64,000 nt of DNA from an uncultured virus (IMG/VR IMGVR_UViG_3300042375_000779) (Duplodnaviria > Heunggongvirae > Uroviricota > Caudoviricetes): the IMG/VR virus record IMGVR_UViG_3300042375_000779; one strand, written 5' to 3'. A model generated the notes under the pieces. It did not search any database. It saw only the letters and a program-made list of their open reading frames with translations, and was not told the DNA's origin. Positions 10,692-21,266 of the stretch are shown one piece after another (the first letter of the stretch is position 1; each line of letters begins with the position of its first letter). Position numbers and translations under genes: made by a program.

Positions 10692-11585
10692 ATGGAGTTA
10701 AATAAAATATTCTCTAAAATTATAGGAGAACAAGAGGTTCCAAAGGGTAAAAAATCAAATACCTTGGTAAGTGCTATTACCAATAGGAATCCTATTACAT
10801 TTTATTATACGGGACCAAAAGAACCAGGTAAGGATAGTGTTAAGTCTGGTGTTAGGGTAAGAGCTGAGGCGGTTGCAATGGGATTAAGTAAGGGTGGGAA
10901 TGTTATTATTAGAGCTTATGTTCAACCACCTTCAGTATCAAAAAAAGGTTATAGTAAAACAAATTGGAGAACGTATCGTGTTGATAGAATGAGTAATTTA
11001 AAAATTCAACAAGACGAGACTTTTGACGTTACAAGACCTGGTTACAAACAAGGTGCAGAATCGGACAAAGGTCCAATGATTACAACTTATGTTACAACAA
11101 ATTGGACTGAAACTCCTGAAGTTAAAAAACAAGAAACTCCACCTCCATCGGCAACCCCACAACCCAAACCAACAGTTAAACCATCTAAGGAACCATTACC
11201 ACAACCTAAGACAGATGAAAAACCATCTGCAGTACCTCAAGAACAACCTAAAGATTTTTCAGGTGAAGTTTTCAATAAACTACAGGGTAATGCTAAAGAT
11301 GTTAATGGTGAGAAAGTTGTTACCACCCAAGATTTTGAAAATGCTAGCACTGAGTTATATAAAATGAAAGAGAAAGAGTGGATTGATTCTCAAAAACAAA
11401 TTGGTAAAAACGTTAACGCTGGTGAAGGTACAAGAAGAAGATTTGAAATGTCTTCTAAATCAGATTTATCAAATTTATTATCTAAAAACAATATTAAAGT
11501 TTCAGATGAAGTAAACAACGATGTGGAAGACACAACAGATTTACAAGAATCAATAAAAAGAATTAAAACTTTAATGTTCGGGTAA
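10692..11585 (+). CDS. WYL-domain protein
   Basis: AITNRNPITFYYTG...RAEAVAMGLSKGGNVIIRAY...WRTYRVDRMSNL, followed by a Pro-rich linker. Confidence 0.7.
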   Translation: MELNKIFSKIIGEQEVPKGKKSNTLVSAITNRNPITFYYTGPKEPGKDSVKSGVRVRAEAVAMGLSKGGNVIIRAYVQPPSVSKKGYSKTNWRTYRVDRMSNLKIQQDETFDVTRPGYKQGAESDKGPMITTYVTTNWTETPEVKKQETPPPSATPQPKPTVKPSKEPLPQPKTDEKPSAVPQEQPKDFSGEVFNKLQGNAKDVNGEKVVTTQDFENASTELYKMKEKEWIDSQKQIGKNVNAGEGTRRRFEMSSKSDLSNLLSKNNIKVSDEVNNDVEDTTDLQESIKRIKTLMFG

Positions 11586-11618
11586 TTTTAATTATCATTA
11601 TATAAAATACTTATTATT

Positions 11619-12185
11619 ATGTCAGGTCAAGGAGTAATATCACAAAACGATTTAATGTCAAGATTAGTAAACGCTAAGAAAGTGATGAATAAAGTGGACG
11701 GTGGAAATTTTGAAAGAGGTCACATAAATGAAGCTATGTTATTATCTGACCCAGAAGAGCTTATGAAAAATCAAAATATTTCTCCAGCAAAAAGAGAAGC
11801 TCAAGGTTCTCCATCTATCGATAAAATTAACAACTCAAAACTACCTGATGCAATTAAACGAGCAATGATTGAAAATCCAATATCTCAAATATCTTTAAAT
11901 GATACCTTAGATATGGATTTTATCAAAGGGGCTAAAAGATTAATGGAACAAGAAGGTGTATCAACTAGACCGTCTGCTCAACCAAAACAAACTATTGTCA
12001 ATAACAATATAGATATGAACGCGATTGCGGTTCTTATCGAAAACACGGTTCGTAAGGTTATGGATGAGAAACTAAATCAAATCCTAACCGCTTCTACAAC
12101 CTCATCAATTAATGAAAACCTAGTACTCAAAGTAGGTGATTCAATCTTCAAAGGTAAAATTACTGGAGTAAATAAAGCGAAGTAA
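11619..12185 (+). CDS. Hypothetical protein
   Basis: 188-aa ORF in the operon. Confidence 0.6.
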   Translation: MSGQGVISQNDLMSRLVNAKKVMNKVDGGNFERGHINEAMLLSDPEELMKNQNISPAKREAQGSPSIDKINNSKLPDAIKRAMIENPISQISLNDTLDMDFIKGAKRLMEQEGVSTRPSAQPKQTIVNNNIDMNAIAVLIENTVRKVMDEKLNQILTASTTSSINENLVLKVGDSIFKGKITGVNKAK

Positions 12186-12239
12186 CGTTTTGTTTTATCG
12201 ATTTTTTTGTTTATTATTTAGACATATAACTTAATGTAA

Positions 12240-13469
12240 ATGTCAAAAATAAGAATCTTAGCAATCCCATCTGACCAACACGGTGTTGGGAAATTTAGAA
12301 TATTAGACCCATACAAATATCTAGCGGAAAATCATTCTGATGATCTTCACGTGGATATCGCGTTTAATGTTGAAAATAACGATGAAGCGTTTCTAAATTA
12401 TGATGTAGTTGTTCTACATAGTTTCATCCATCAATTACCTCACGAAGATAACGTAAAGAGAATCAACTGGTTAAAATCAAAAGGGATTAAGGTTGTTGTT
12501 GACATTGATGACTTGTGGGCTGTAGATCAAAGACATCCAATGTATCATCAAATTAAAGGACAAAAAATCGCTGAGAAAAAAGTAGAACTTTTAAAATTAG
12601 CTGATTACGTAACCACAACAACTCCAATATTTGCACAAACTATTAAAAATAGACTTGGTGTAAAGAATGTTGAAATATTTCCTAACGCAGTAAATCCAGA
12701 TGAACCTCAGTTTCAATCCAACCCAACTAAATCAGATAAAGTTCGTTTTGGATGGTTAGGTGGGTCATCTCATCTACACGACATCGAATTAATGTCATCA
12801 GGCATCGCATCTATTCATAGTTCATTTAAAGACAAATCACAATTCGTATTATGTGGTTTTGATTTAAGAGGTACCGTTACAGAAATGACTCCAGATGGTC
12901 AATCTAAAAAACGTAACATATTACCCTACGAAACAATATGGTTCCGTTATGAAAGTATTTTTACTGAAAAATATAAAGCTATTGATGAAGAATATAGAAA
13001 TTATTTATTAAAATTTTCCGATATTCCATATGATGATTCGAATAAACCATACATTAGAAAATGGACACAAGAAATTAACAAATATGCTAACAACTATAAT
13101 TCTTTTGATGTATCTTTAGCTCCGTTAGTTGACACTGAATTTAATTCAAATAAATCACAGTTAAAAGTAATTGAAGCAGGATTCCATAAGAAAGCGTTAA
13201 TTGCAAGTGATGTTAAACCTTACACGTTAGATTTAATATCGGCAATTGATAGTGGCTCAAGTGAATTCAACAGTAAAGGAAATGCGTTAGTAATACCTCC
13301 ATCTAAGAATCATAAATTATGGGCGAAATATATGAAGAAACTTATTGACAATCCAAATATGATTGAGGATTTAGGTAATAAACTTTATGAAACAGTTAAA
13401 GACAAATATTCATTAAAGAATGTATCGAAAGATAGAGTTCAATTTTTTAAATCAATTATAAACAAGTAA
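12240..13469 (+). CDS. GT-B (GT4-like) glycosyltransferase
   Basis: VVVDIDD, FGWLGGSSH, DVSLAPLVDTEFNSNKSQLKVIEAG. Confidence 0.85.
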   Translation: MSKIRILAIPSDQHGVGKFRILDPYKYLAENHSDDLHVDIAFNVENNDEAFLNYDVVVLHSFIHQLPHEDNVKRINWLKSKGIKVVVDIDDLWAVDQRHPMYHQIKGQKIAEKKVELLKLADYVTTTTPIFAQTIKNRLGVKNVEIFPNAVNPDEPQFQSNPTKSDKVRFGWLGGSSHLHDIELMSSGIASIHSSFKDKSQFVLCGFDLRGTVTEMTPDGQSKKRNILPYETIWFRYESIFTEKYKAIDEEYRNYLLKFSDIPYDDSNKPYIRKWTQEINKYANNYNSFDVSLAPLVDTEFNSNKSQLKVIEAGFHKKALIASDVKPYTLDLISAIDSGSSEFNSKGNALVIPPSKNHKLWAKYMKKLIDNPNMIEDLGNKLYETVKDKYSLKNVSKDRVQFFKSIINK

Positions 13470-13481
13470 ATAAAAACAACT

Positions 13482-13712
13482 ATGCATTATCTAGTAACTA
13501 TCGGTTATGAAACCGAACAAATGGACAGAGAAGGAAACGCTCGTGTTAAGAAGTACAAGTACATTATCGAAGCTGAATCAGTAGAAGAAGCAACAATTGT
13601 GGCATCTAAGTACAGATCAGGTGATACTCGCTCAAGTGAAAGTATTTCCGTAGCCAAAATGGCAATCGAATGTGTAATCGATAATAAAAACACACCAGAA
13701 TACTACAAATAA
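13482..13712 (+). CDS. Small conserved protein (DUF4494-like)
   Basis: YLVTIGYE...KYKYIIEAESVEEA resembles the Bacteroidota DUF4494 pattern. Confidence 0.4.
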   Translation: MHYLVTIGYETEQMDREGNARVKKYKYIIEAESVEEATIVASKYRSGDTRSSESISVAKMAIECVIDNKNTPEYYK

Positions 13713-13738
13713 TATTAAACCAAAACACCAACTGAATT

Positions 13739-13957
13739 ATGGAATTCTATAGTAGAGAAATACAAATTATGCGTCAATCACAAAGTAAAATGGCGCTAGA
13801 GTACATTACATCAGTAGGTGTTTTGGTTACTGTTGAAGAGTTAACAAGAATAACAGATTTATTTGTAGAAATTTGTTTAAGACCTCAAGATGATGACCTT
13901 AAAAAAAGAATTAAGGCATTAGATAAATGGATAATAGAAAAGAAAACCAATTCATAA
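13739..13957 (+). CDS. Hypothetical protein
   Basis: 72 aa; the stop overlaps the next ATG (TAATG). Confidence 0.55.
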   Translation: MEFYSREIQIMRQSQSKMALEYITSVGVLVTVEELTRITDLFVEICLRPQDDDLKKRIKALDKWIIEKKTNS

Positions 13958-14547
13958 TGGAAAAGGGAGATTTAGAAGATTACATAAGTAAATTAAAGGA
14001 TTTAGAAAAAGAAATGTCCGATGAGGATGGAGAAGACCTATCTTTTATTGGTGAATTAGATTCACTACTAAAACAATTAACAACAGACGTACAAGACAAT
14101 TACGCCGCGGCAGGATTTACCACCGATGTTAAAATTAAAAAATTAAACCCGAACGCAATCATTCCAACATATTCTAAGTCTGGTGATGCGGGAATGGACT
14201 TAACAATAACCGAAGTTATTAAAAACACAACCGAAGACATTTCTTATGGATTTGGTATTGCATTAGAGATTCCTGTTGGGTTTGTTGGGTTAGTTTTCCC
14301 AAGATCATCGGTTCGTAAAACGGACCTATTATTAACAAACTCAGTGGGGGTAATTGATAGTGGTTATAGAGGTGAACTTCAAGCAACATTCAAAAAAACA
14401 CAGGGAGATTCGTCAGTTATTTATGAAATAGGTGAAAGAGGAGCTCAAATCATTATTTTACCTTACCCAAAGATTAATTTTGTCAATTCTGACAGTCTTT
14501 CCGAAACCGATAGAGGTGAGGGTGGATTTGGTAGTACGGGGAAATAG
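13957..14547 (+). CDS. dut: Trimeric dUTPase with an acidic N-terminal extension
   Basis: GDAGMDL, PRSS, GVIDSGYRGE, RGEGGFGSTG. Start taken at the coupled ATG at 13957. Confidence 0.93.
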   Translation: MEKGDLEDYISKLKDLEKEMSDEDGEDLSFIGELDSLLKQLTTDVQDNYAAAGFTTDVKIKKLNPNAIIPTYSKSGDAGMDLTITEVIKNTTEDISYGFGIALEIPVGFVGLVFPRSSVRKTDLLLTNSVGVIDSGYRGELQATFKKTQGDSSVIYEIGERGAQIIILPYPKINFVNSDSLSETDRGEGGFGSTGK

Positions 14548-14591
14548 GTGATATTTATTAATAATAAATTAGAATTTAAAAACAAAATATT

Positions 14592-15320
14592 TTGGCAGTA
14601 AAACCTAGATCTAGTAAACCCCAACCACCTGTATTAGTGGAAGAAAGAAAAACATCACATAAGGAAAGAATCAGACAGATAATAAAGAAGCCAAAGGAGA
14701 AATTTTTAACCAAAAACCAAGAAATTTATTGGAATATTCTTGGTGAAAACCAAATAACATTATGTTTTGGACCTGCGGGTGTTGGTAAGTCATATATTGC
14801 AATGAAAAGGGCAATAGATTTATTACACGACGATTCTAACAAATATGAAAAAATCATCATAGTTAGACCAGCGGTTGAAGCTGAAGAAAAATTGGGTTCA
14901 TTACCAGGTGGATTAGAAGAAAAATTAGACCCATACATTTACCCGTCATATTATCTATTAAATAAAATTATAGGTAAAGAAGCAAGAGAACGTTTAAAAG
15001 ATGAGGGTTATATTGAAGTTGCCGCTTTAGCGTATATGAGAGGTTGGAACGTGGATAATACCATACTTGTTTTTGAAGAAGCTCAAAACGCAAGTCCCTC
15101 ACAGATTAAATTATTACTTACTCGTATTGGATTTAGTTCTAAATTTTTCTTATCTGGTGACCTTGAACAATCAGATAAATTTAGAGACAAAACTAAGTCA
15201 GGTTTATATGACGCTAAAAAAAGATTACAAGATTTAAAAGGAATTGGAATTTTTGAATTTGGTATGGAAGATATAGTTAGAAATCCAATCATTGGAGAAA
15301 TTTTAAATAGATACGATTAA
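14592..15320 (+). CDS. phoH: PhoH-family ATPase
   Basis: GPAGVGKS, RPAVEAEEKLGSLPG, YMRG, EEAQN, LTRIG, GDLEQSD. Confidence 0.93.
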   Translation: MAVKPRSSKPQPPVLVEERKTSHKERIRQIIKKPKEKFLTKNQEIYWNILGENQITLCFGPAGVGKSYIAMKRAIDLLHDDSNKYEKIIIVRPAVEAEEKLGSLPGGLEEKLDPYIYPSYYLLNKIIGKEARERLKDEGYIEVAALAYMRGWNVDNTILVFEEAQNASPSQIKLLLTRIGFSSKFFLSGDLEQSDKFRDKTKSGLYDAKKRLQDLKGIGIFEFGMEDIVRNPIIGEILNRYD

Positions 15321-15401
15321 TTGTAAAATATTACAATTTGACTCCATATAATAATGCGAATAGGGTTTACTTATAACCTTATTCGCATTATCTTTTTCCA
15401 T

Positions 15402-16052
15402 ATGGAAATATACATTAGCATAGATGGAGTTTTAAGAAACCTCATTCAAAAATTTAACTACCACTACAAAGATGCGTTTTTACAATCTGAATTCGAAAAT
15501 GAAAATGATTTCGAATACAATATCGTATATCCAATCCAAAACGACAACTTACTTAACTCATACAAATTTCAATCATTGGAAGAGTTTGAGTTTTTCACTT
15601 ACATAGAATATCCCATTGAAATTTTTGGTCACGCGGGCATCAGTTACCCAACCTCAATCTCAGATTTAAATAAAATTATTTTTGATAATCCACAACATAA
15701 CATCACAGTGATTGGTGTTGATGAAGTTGGTAAATCAAAACCTGCAACATTATTCTTTCTTTCAAAAAATGGTTTCTTAGGTAATAACATTAAATTCATA
15801 AAATCTAATGATATTGAAAATGAATGGGAGAAATGTGATATGTGGGTTACAGATAATAAGAAAATTATCGATTTAAAACCTGAAGGGAAGAGTGTTATTA
15901 AATTTCAAACCACTTATAATGAACACTTTACAAATGAAAAAGAAATAACTAAATTAACAGAAATAAAAGAATTATGGTCGAACTCTTTGGAAAATCCTAC
16001 TACATTGACATTGACGGAATCACCGAAAAATGTAGAACCGGAAATACAATAA
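15402..16052 (+). CDS. HAD-fold 5'(3')-deoxyribonucleotidase-like protein, degenerate motif I
   Basis: MEIYISIDGVLRN (SxDG in place of DxDG) and ..TYNEH near the C-terminus. Confidence 0.55.
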   Translation: MEIYISIDGVLRNLIQKFNYHYKDAFLQSEFENENDFEYNIVYPIQNDNLLNSYKFQSLEEFEFFTYIEYPIEIFGHAGISYPTSISDLNKIIFDNPQHNITVIGVDEVGKSKPATLFFLSKNGFLGNNIKFIKSNDIENEWEKCDMWVTDNKKIIDLKPEGKSVIKFQTTYNEHFTNEKEITKLTEIKELWSNSLENPTTLTLTESPKNVEPEIQ

Positions 16053-16252
16053 AAGATGATGAAGGCGAAACCTTAGAAATTAACATCTTTAAATATGAAA
16101 TCATTAAAATGTGTTTAGATAGAGTTTTAAATGATTATGAAGATGTTGATGAAGAAATGGGGGTCTTTGCCTCTAATAATGTAAATGTATCATTAAAGAT
16201 TGCATTTAACACACTAATAAAATACGGAATATTAATTGAAGATGATGAATAA
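15974..16252 (+). CDS. Hypothetical protein
   Basis: 92-aa ORF overlapping its neighbours. Confidence 0.55.
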   Translation: MVELFGKSYYIDIDGITEKCRTGNTIKDDEGETLEINIFKYEIIKMCLDRVLNDYEDVDEEMGVFASNNVNVSLKIAFNTLIKYGILIEDDE

Positions 16253-17306
16253 AGAAAACATAGAAAAACTAGAGTCAGCCCTAGGTAGGTTAGACAAAAA
16301 TGAAAACGTCGTATATTTTTTAACATACGATACAAAAAATAATCCAAGGGCAGCGGTAAAACATATCTACGATATGGCGTTGACCTTAAACCAAAATGGT
16401 TATACTTCTAAAATTTTAGTTGAGGATAACACATATGGTGGAGTATCTCATTGGTTAGAGGGTGAGTATAACGATATACCTGTCGTATCTATTAAAGACG
16501 ATAAGGTTGAAATAAAAATCGACGATGTGTTAGTGGTACCTGAATATTATTCAAATGTACTTCAACAATTATCGAGTATTAAATGTGTTAAAATTATGTT
16601 AGTGCAACAGAAAGATTACATATTTGATACGTTACCAGTTGGTAGTAGATGGTCGGATTATGGTTTTGATAAAGCTATAACTACAACAGAAGCATCTAAA
16701 AGATATATCTTAGAGTTTTTTCCGGAGGCGATTGTACACATTATACCTCCAATTATTGGGGATCACTTTAAACCTTCTGAAAAACCATTAAAACCTTTTA
16801 TTGCAATTAGTTGTAGAGATCGAGTTATTCATAGAAGAATAATTTCCGAATTCTATTTAAAATTCCCACAACTTAGATGGATAACATTTAAGGATATGGT
16901 TCAATTATCATATAGTGAATTTGCAGGAGCAATAAACGAATGTATGGTTTCTGTTTGGGTTGATGATGAATCAACATTTGGTACGTTCCCATTAGAATCA
17001 ATAAAATGTGGAATACCAGTTATTGGAAAAATTCCTAATGTTGAACCAGATTGGTTAGATGAAAATGGTATGTGGACATATGATTCAAATAAAATTGTTG
17101 AAATTTTAGGAACATATGTTTTAGCCTGGTTAGAGGGAGTGGAATTAAAAGATGAGGTTAAACAAAAAATGGCCGAAACTTTATTACCATATGAAGAATC
17201 AATAACTAAAAATAATATTTTGTCAATCTTCAATTCATTTAGAAATAAAAGAGTTGAAACAATACAAAAAGCGTTAGATAAATTAAAAGTAGAAGAAAAT
17301 GTATAA
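16245..17306 (+). CDS. Glycosyltransferase-like protein (GT-B)
   Basis: LVVPEYY and DDESTFGTFPLESIKCGIPVIG (E-x7-E-like). The start is approximate. Confidence 0.7.
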   Translation: MNKENIEKLESALGRLDKNENVVYFLTYDTKNNPRAAVKHIYDMALTLNQNGYTSKILVEDNTYGGVSHWLEGEYNDIPVVSIKDDKVEIKIDDVLVVPEYYSNVLQQLSSIKCVKIMLVQQKDYIFDTLPVGSRWSDYGFDKAITTTEASKRYILEFFPEAIVHIIPPIIGDHFKPSEKPLKPFIAISCRDRVIHRRIISEFYLKFPQLRWITFKDMVQLSYSEFAGAINECMVSVWVDDESTFGTFPLESIKCGIPVIGKIPNVEPDWLDENGMWTYDSNKIVEILGTYVLAWLEGVELKDEVKQKMAETLLPYEESITKNNILSIFNSFRNKRVETIQKALDKLKVEENV

Positions 17307-18084
17307 AAAAGATATCACAGTATTAATTCCCGTTCATAGAATTGACGGAGACTATAGAGAAATGTTAATAAACGCATTATCATCTTTGGAATCATTCCAT
17401 AACGATGTTGTGGTTTCCGTTGTATGTCCATCGTCAGTAAAAAAAGACTTAGGTCAATTATCAGATAAAATCGAAGTTAACGTAATTGAAAATAAAGGTA
17501 AAACAGATTTCTGTTCACAAATAAACTTAGGTTTAGAAAAATGTGAGACAACTTGGTTCACAATTTTAGAAATAGATGACGAATTTAAATCTATATGGTT
17601 AAAATCTGTAAATGAATACATTAAAGAATATAGTGACGTTGATGTATTCCTACCAATAGTAAAAGATATAAATGTTGACGGTAAATTTTTAAGTTTTACC
17701 AATGAATCAACTTGGGCATATGGTTTTGTTGAAAAACAAGGATTTTTAGACAACGAAACACTATTGGAATATCAAAATTATCAAACTAGTGGTGGTTTAT
17801 TTAAAACTCAAGTCGTTAAAGATAATGGAGGATTAAAAGACAATATTAAATTGACATTTAACTACGAATTATTATTAAGATTAACACATAATGGTGTTAA
17901 AGTTATGTCAATCCCAAGAATTGGGTACCAACACGTTAATTTTAGAGAAGATTCACTATTCTGGGCTTATAAAAATGACGAATCTGTAAAGTTAGAAGAA
18001 AACGAAGTTAAATTTTGGTTAGAAACAGCTAAAAAGGAATTTTTCTTTAAAAATAAACGAGATGTTAAATATGCGGAAGCTTAA
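17299..18084 (+). CDS. GT2-family glycosyltransferase
   Basis: ITVLIPVH, FCSQINLGL, ILEIDDE. Confidence 0.75.
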   Translation: MYKKDITVLIPVHRIDGDYREMLINALSSLESFHNDVVVSVVCPSSVKKDLGQLSDKIEVNVIENKGKTDFCSQINLGLEKCETTWFTILEIDDEFKSIWLKSVNEYIKEYSDVDVFLPIVKDINVDGKFLSFTNESTWAYGFVEKQGFLDNETLLEYQNYQTSGGLFKTQVVKDNGGLKDNIKLTFNYELLLRLTHNGVKVMSIPRIGYQHVNFREDSLFWAYKNDESVKLEENEVKFWLETAKKEFFFKNKRDVKYAEA

Positions 18085-18782
18085 TGCCAAGACCAAGAAC
18101 CCAAAAAATATACTTTGGGGAGGATCAAGAGAAGGCGGTAGTCAATTACTTAGAAAGTACTGATGAAACAGAAAGAAATAAGATATTCAATGAATATTTA
18201 CGTGAACCCCTAATTATAATGGTCGAATCAATTATTCGACGTTATAAACTTTACAGAAAAGATATGGAATTTGAAGAAATTCACAATGACACTTTGTCTT
18301 TTCTTATTACTAAAATTAGTAAATTCGACCACACTAAAAACCATAAGGCATATTCGTATTTTGGTACAATTTGTAAAAACTACCTTATGGGTGCCATTCA
18401 AAAAGACACTAAGGAACAAAACCGTAGTGTCTCTTATGACGACATATCCTCATCAATTGAAGATAGACCAGATTTATCCTACACTATAGATGCGTTTCAA
18501 TTAGATTATAGAGATGTTATCATTAAGTTAACCAACGAATTAGAGGAATTTGTTGAAAACGAGGATTTAACCGAAAATGAACGAAAATTAGGTTATGCCT
18601 TACTTGAGATTTTCAGCAATTTTGATAAAATATTTCAGGTTGGTGATGGTAATAAGTTTAACAAAAACCTCATCCTACTTTCATTGAGGGAGATGACCTC
18701 ACTATCAACCAAAGAAATCCGTATTTCCCTTAAAAGGTTTAAAAAACTATATAGTGGAATAATGATAGGGTTTTTAGAATAA
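18084..18782 (+). CDS. Phage RNA polymerase sigma factor (gp55-like)
   Basis: Sigma region-2-like segment LITKISKFDHTKNHKAYSYFGTICKNYL; YFGEDQEKAVVNY N-terminus. Confidence 0.7.
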   Translation: MPRPRTQKIYFGEDQEKAVVNYLESTDETERNKIFNEYLREPLIIMVESIIRRYKLYRKDMEFEEIHNDTLSFLITKISKFDHTKNHKAYSYFGTICKNYLMGAIQKDTKEQNRSVSYDDISSSIEDRPDLSYTIDAFQLDYRDVIIKLTNELEEFVENEDLTENERKLGYALLEIFSNFDKIFQVGDGNKFNKNLILLSLREMTSLSTKEIRISLKRFKKLYSGIMIGFLE

Positions 18783-18796
18783 ATCTATTTATAGGT

Positions 18797-19177
18797 ATGA
18801 GAGAGAGAAAAAATAATATTACGCTAGATGTAGATTCGGCATTATCCTTAATGCAAGAAATATACAATGATGTTGTTGAGAACAGAAACACCGCGTCTTT
18901 AATTATGAAAAAGATGCTTTCTTTTATGAAAGACGCCGAAGATATGAGTGTAATTGGTCCGGTTATCAAGGAACAACAAAAAATCCTTAATGAGTGTACC
19001 GAAAAGAAAATATCACTAGTTAAACTTCAAAGTGTTATGTTAAAACAAACACAAGGATCTGGACAAAAAGGTGGTGGACCTATGGGTAAATTAGAATTAA
19101 CCGATGAAGATAGAGAACTTTTAGATAAATTGGTCAACGACGGTAATGAATCTAAAAACAATAACTATAAAATATAA
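18797..19177 (+). CDS. Hypothetical coiled-coil protein
   Basis: 126 aa, preceded by TATTTATA. Confidence 0.6.
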   Translation: MRERKNNITLDVDSALSLMQEIYNDVVENRNTASLIMKKMLSFMKDAEDMSVIGPVIKEQQKILNECTEKKISLVKLQSVMLKQTQGSGQKGGGPMGKLELTDEDRELLDKLVNDGNESKNNNYKI

Positions 19178-21063
19178 TGAGTAAACTTAAAGATACTAAG
19201 GCTAGGTTACAATCAAAACTAGAGGTCATCAAAAAAATAAATGATGACCCTAATAGTTTAATGGATAGCCTTTCCGATAAACTTCTTAAAGATTTACCAT
19301 CCACAGACCAACTTTTTGGTAAAAAATTAGACGATTTCTTAAATAAGGCTAAACGTAAGAAAGAAAACAAAAAAGATATTTTTGGTGATTTAATTGAAAT
19401 TGCTGAGGGATTTTTAAGTTCAGGTAAAAAGGTAGAATCGTCAGATAAGTTGTTATCGAAGGGTAAACTAAAACAACACGGTTTAACCGCAGCTAAAAAA
19501 ACGTTAGACGCTAGTAAAGAAATTGTTACAAGTAGCGTTAAGAAGGCATTCTTCGCTGGTGAGGGTATTTGTGGTGCTAACCTTACATTAACGGGTATTA
19601 GTGTGAAAATTAAGCCAGAGGAAATAGATTTAATGCATATGTTAACTGTTGATCCAACAACTTCAACAGGACAAATCGTATACGAACAACAATCACCAGA
19701 TAAAGGTAAAGAAAAAGTTAATAGAGAACTATATAGTATTTTTTCTGGTGGAACATATCAATTTGATTCTAATAATAATAACACACTTTTTAAAGCTCAA
19801 TTCGACCAAGCAAATCAAGAATTTAATATTACCGATTTTAATGGTTTAAATGTCGAAACTTTTTTTAATGATTATTATTCCACAATGGAACTTCCCGATA
19901 TTCAACATATCACCAAAACGGCTATGTTAATGACTATTCAAGGAGATGGTAGTGATAATCCATTATTCAATAAAGGAATGAATAGTGTTAATAGATTGTT
20001 ACAAAAATTATGTGCAATTTGTGGAACACCAACAAAAAAGAATGAATTAAAAAATCAAAACGCGGTTGATATGTTTAATGAAACCGATGAAGACATTGAG
20101 TCTTATTTTGATTTTGATGACGTTGAAGGAATTGATTTAGATGATGAAGACTCTAGATTTAGAAGAGTATTAAAGTTTAAAGATTGTGATAATTTTGAAA
20201 CTCCAGTTAATCCATCCACAATTGAAGATTTTGTTTACTTTAGTAAGAAAAAACCATTAAATGAATTAGTTGATTCTACTTTAGGTAGAACTGCAACTCA
20301 AGCTTATTTAGATTCTGGAAGTAGCATTCCACCAATTAATTTTAATTTAAATTTAATGAATTTATTCATTTTAAATTTACCTAAAGCGTTAATATCAAGT
20401 TTATTATCACCTAAGATTTTTTTACCAATTGTTATAATATATAAAGTTGTAAAATCAATAACCGATCAATCTATTAATGTTAAAATATTAATGAAGATGT
20501 TATCTAAATTGTTTAACACAATTATTAGTCAACTTTTATGGAGATTTTTACAAGAATTTTGGAAGTTGGTTAAAATAGATTTAATAGCGTTTGTAATTAA
20601 AATTGTTAAGAAAATATTGAAAAATAAATTCAAAAGATATCTAACGATTTTAAAGTCGTTAATTTCGTTTTTACTTAAGATACTTGAAACTGAAATTGAT
20701 AACTGTTACGCTTTATTCAGTGCAGTTATTAGTGCAATAACCGCGGCATTATCCGCAAACATATCATTAAAGGTTCCAGGTATATTATTATTGTTATCTG
20801 AAATGTTACCAGGTTATAGTCAGGATAGAGCTTTTATGAACGTTATGGAAAGAGTTGCGGCTTCGGGTGTAAAAACAGGTCCAATATTTGGTGAAACAAA
20901 TAACATTGGCACTCTGGTTAAATCCATAATAGACGGACACACGGAAGAAATGGATCAGAATTCTTTTGTGAAAATAACATTAAAAGCAGGAGCATTACCA
21001 GGACCATCTGGTGGTGCGGTTATTATTCCTGGTTTAATTTCTGGAGTTGGTAAAATGTTTTAA
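19177..21063 (+). CDS. Hypothetical protein with amphipathic/hydrophobic helices, in the baseplate region
   Basis: 628-aa ORF upstream of the gp5-like gene. Confidence 0.6.
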   Translation: MSKLKDTKARLQSKLEVIKKINDDPNSLMDSLSDKLLKDLPSTDQLFGKKLDDFLNKAKRKKENKKDIFGDLIEIAEGFLSSGKKVESSDKLLSKGKLKQHGLTAAKKTLDASKEIVTSSVKKAFFAGEGICGANLTLTGISVKIKPEEIDLMHMLTVDPTTSTGQIVYEQQSPDKGKEKVNRELYSIFSGGTYQFDSNNNNTLFKAQFDQANQEFNITDFNGLNVETFFNDYYSTMELPDIQHITKTAMLMTIQGDGSDNPLFNKGMNSVNRLLQKLCAICGTPTKKNELKNQNAVDMFNETDEDIESYFDFDDVEGIDLDDEDSRFRRVLKFKDCDNFETPVNPSTIEDFVYFSKKKPLNELVDSTLGRTATQAYLDSGSSIPPINFNLNLMNLFILNLPKALISSLLSPKIFLPIVIIYKVVKSITDQSINVKILMKMLSKLFNTIISQLLWRFLQEFWKLVKIDLIAFVIKIVKKILKNKFKRYLTILKSLISFLLKILETEIDNCYALFSAVISAITAALSANISLKVPGILLLLSEMLPGYSQDRAFMNVMERVAASGVKTGPIFGETNNIGTLVKSIIDGHTEEMDQNSFVKITLKAGALPGPSGGAVIIPGLISGVGKMF

Positions 21064-21065
21064 CA

Positions 21066-21266
21066 ATGGATAAAAATAAAATAATAGAAATAACTAATGA
21101 CGTTCAAAATAAATCAAATAAAGATTTATTTGTTGTGTTAGACGAATTAGGCGCTGAATTTGAAAAAACAAAAACTTTAATTATAGACTTAACTAGACAT
21201 TTAGAGGCAGTTGAGGATTTATATAATAAAGTTAATAAAGAAATAGAAAAAAGAACTAAATCGTAA
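21066..21266 (+). CDS. Hypothetical protein
   Basis: 66 aa, translationally coupled. Confidence 0.55.
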   Translation: MDKNKIIEITNDVQNKSNKDLFVVLDELGAEFEKTKTLIIDLTRHLEAVEDLYNKVNKEIEKRTKS

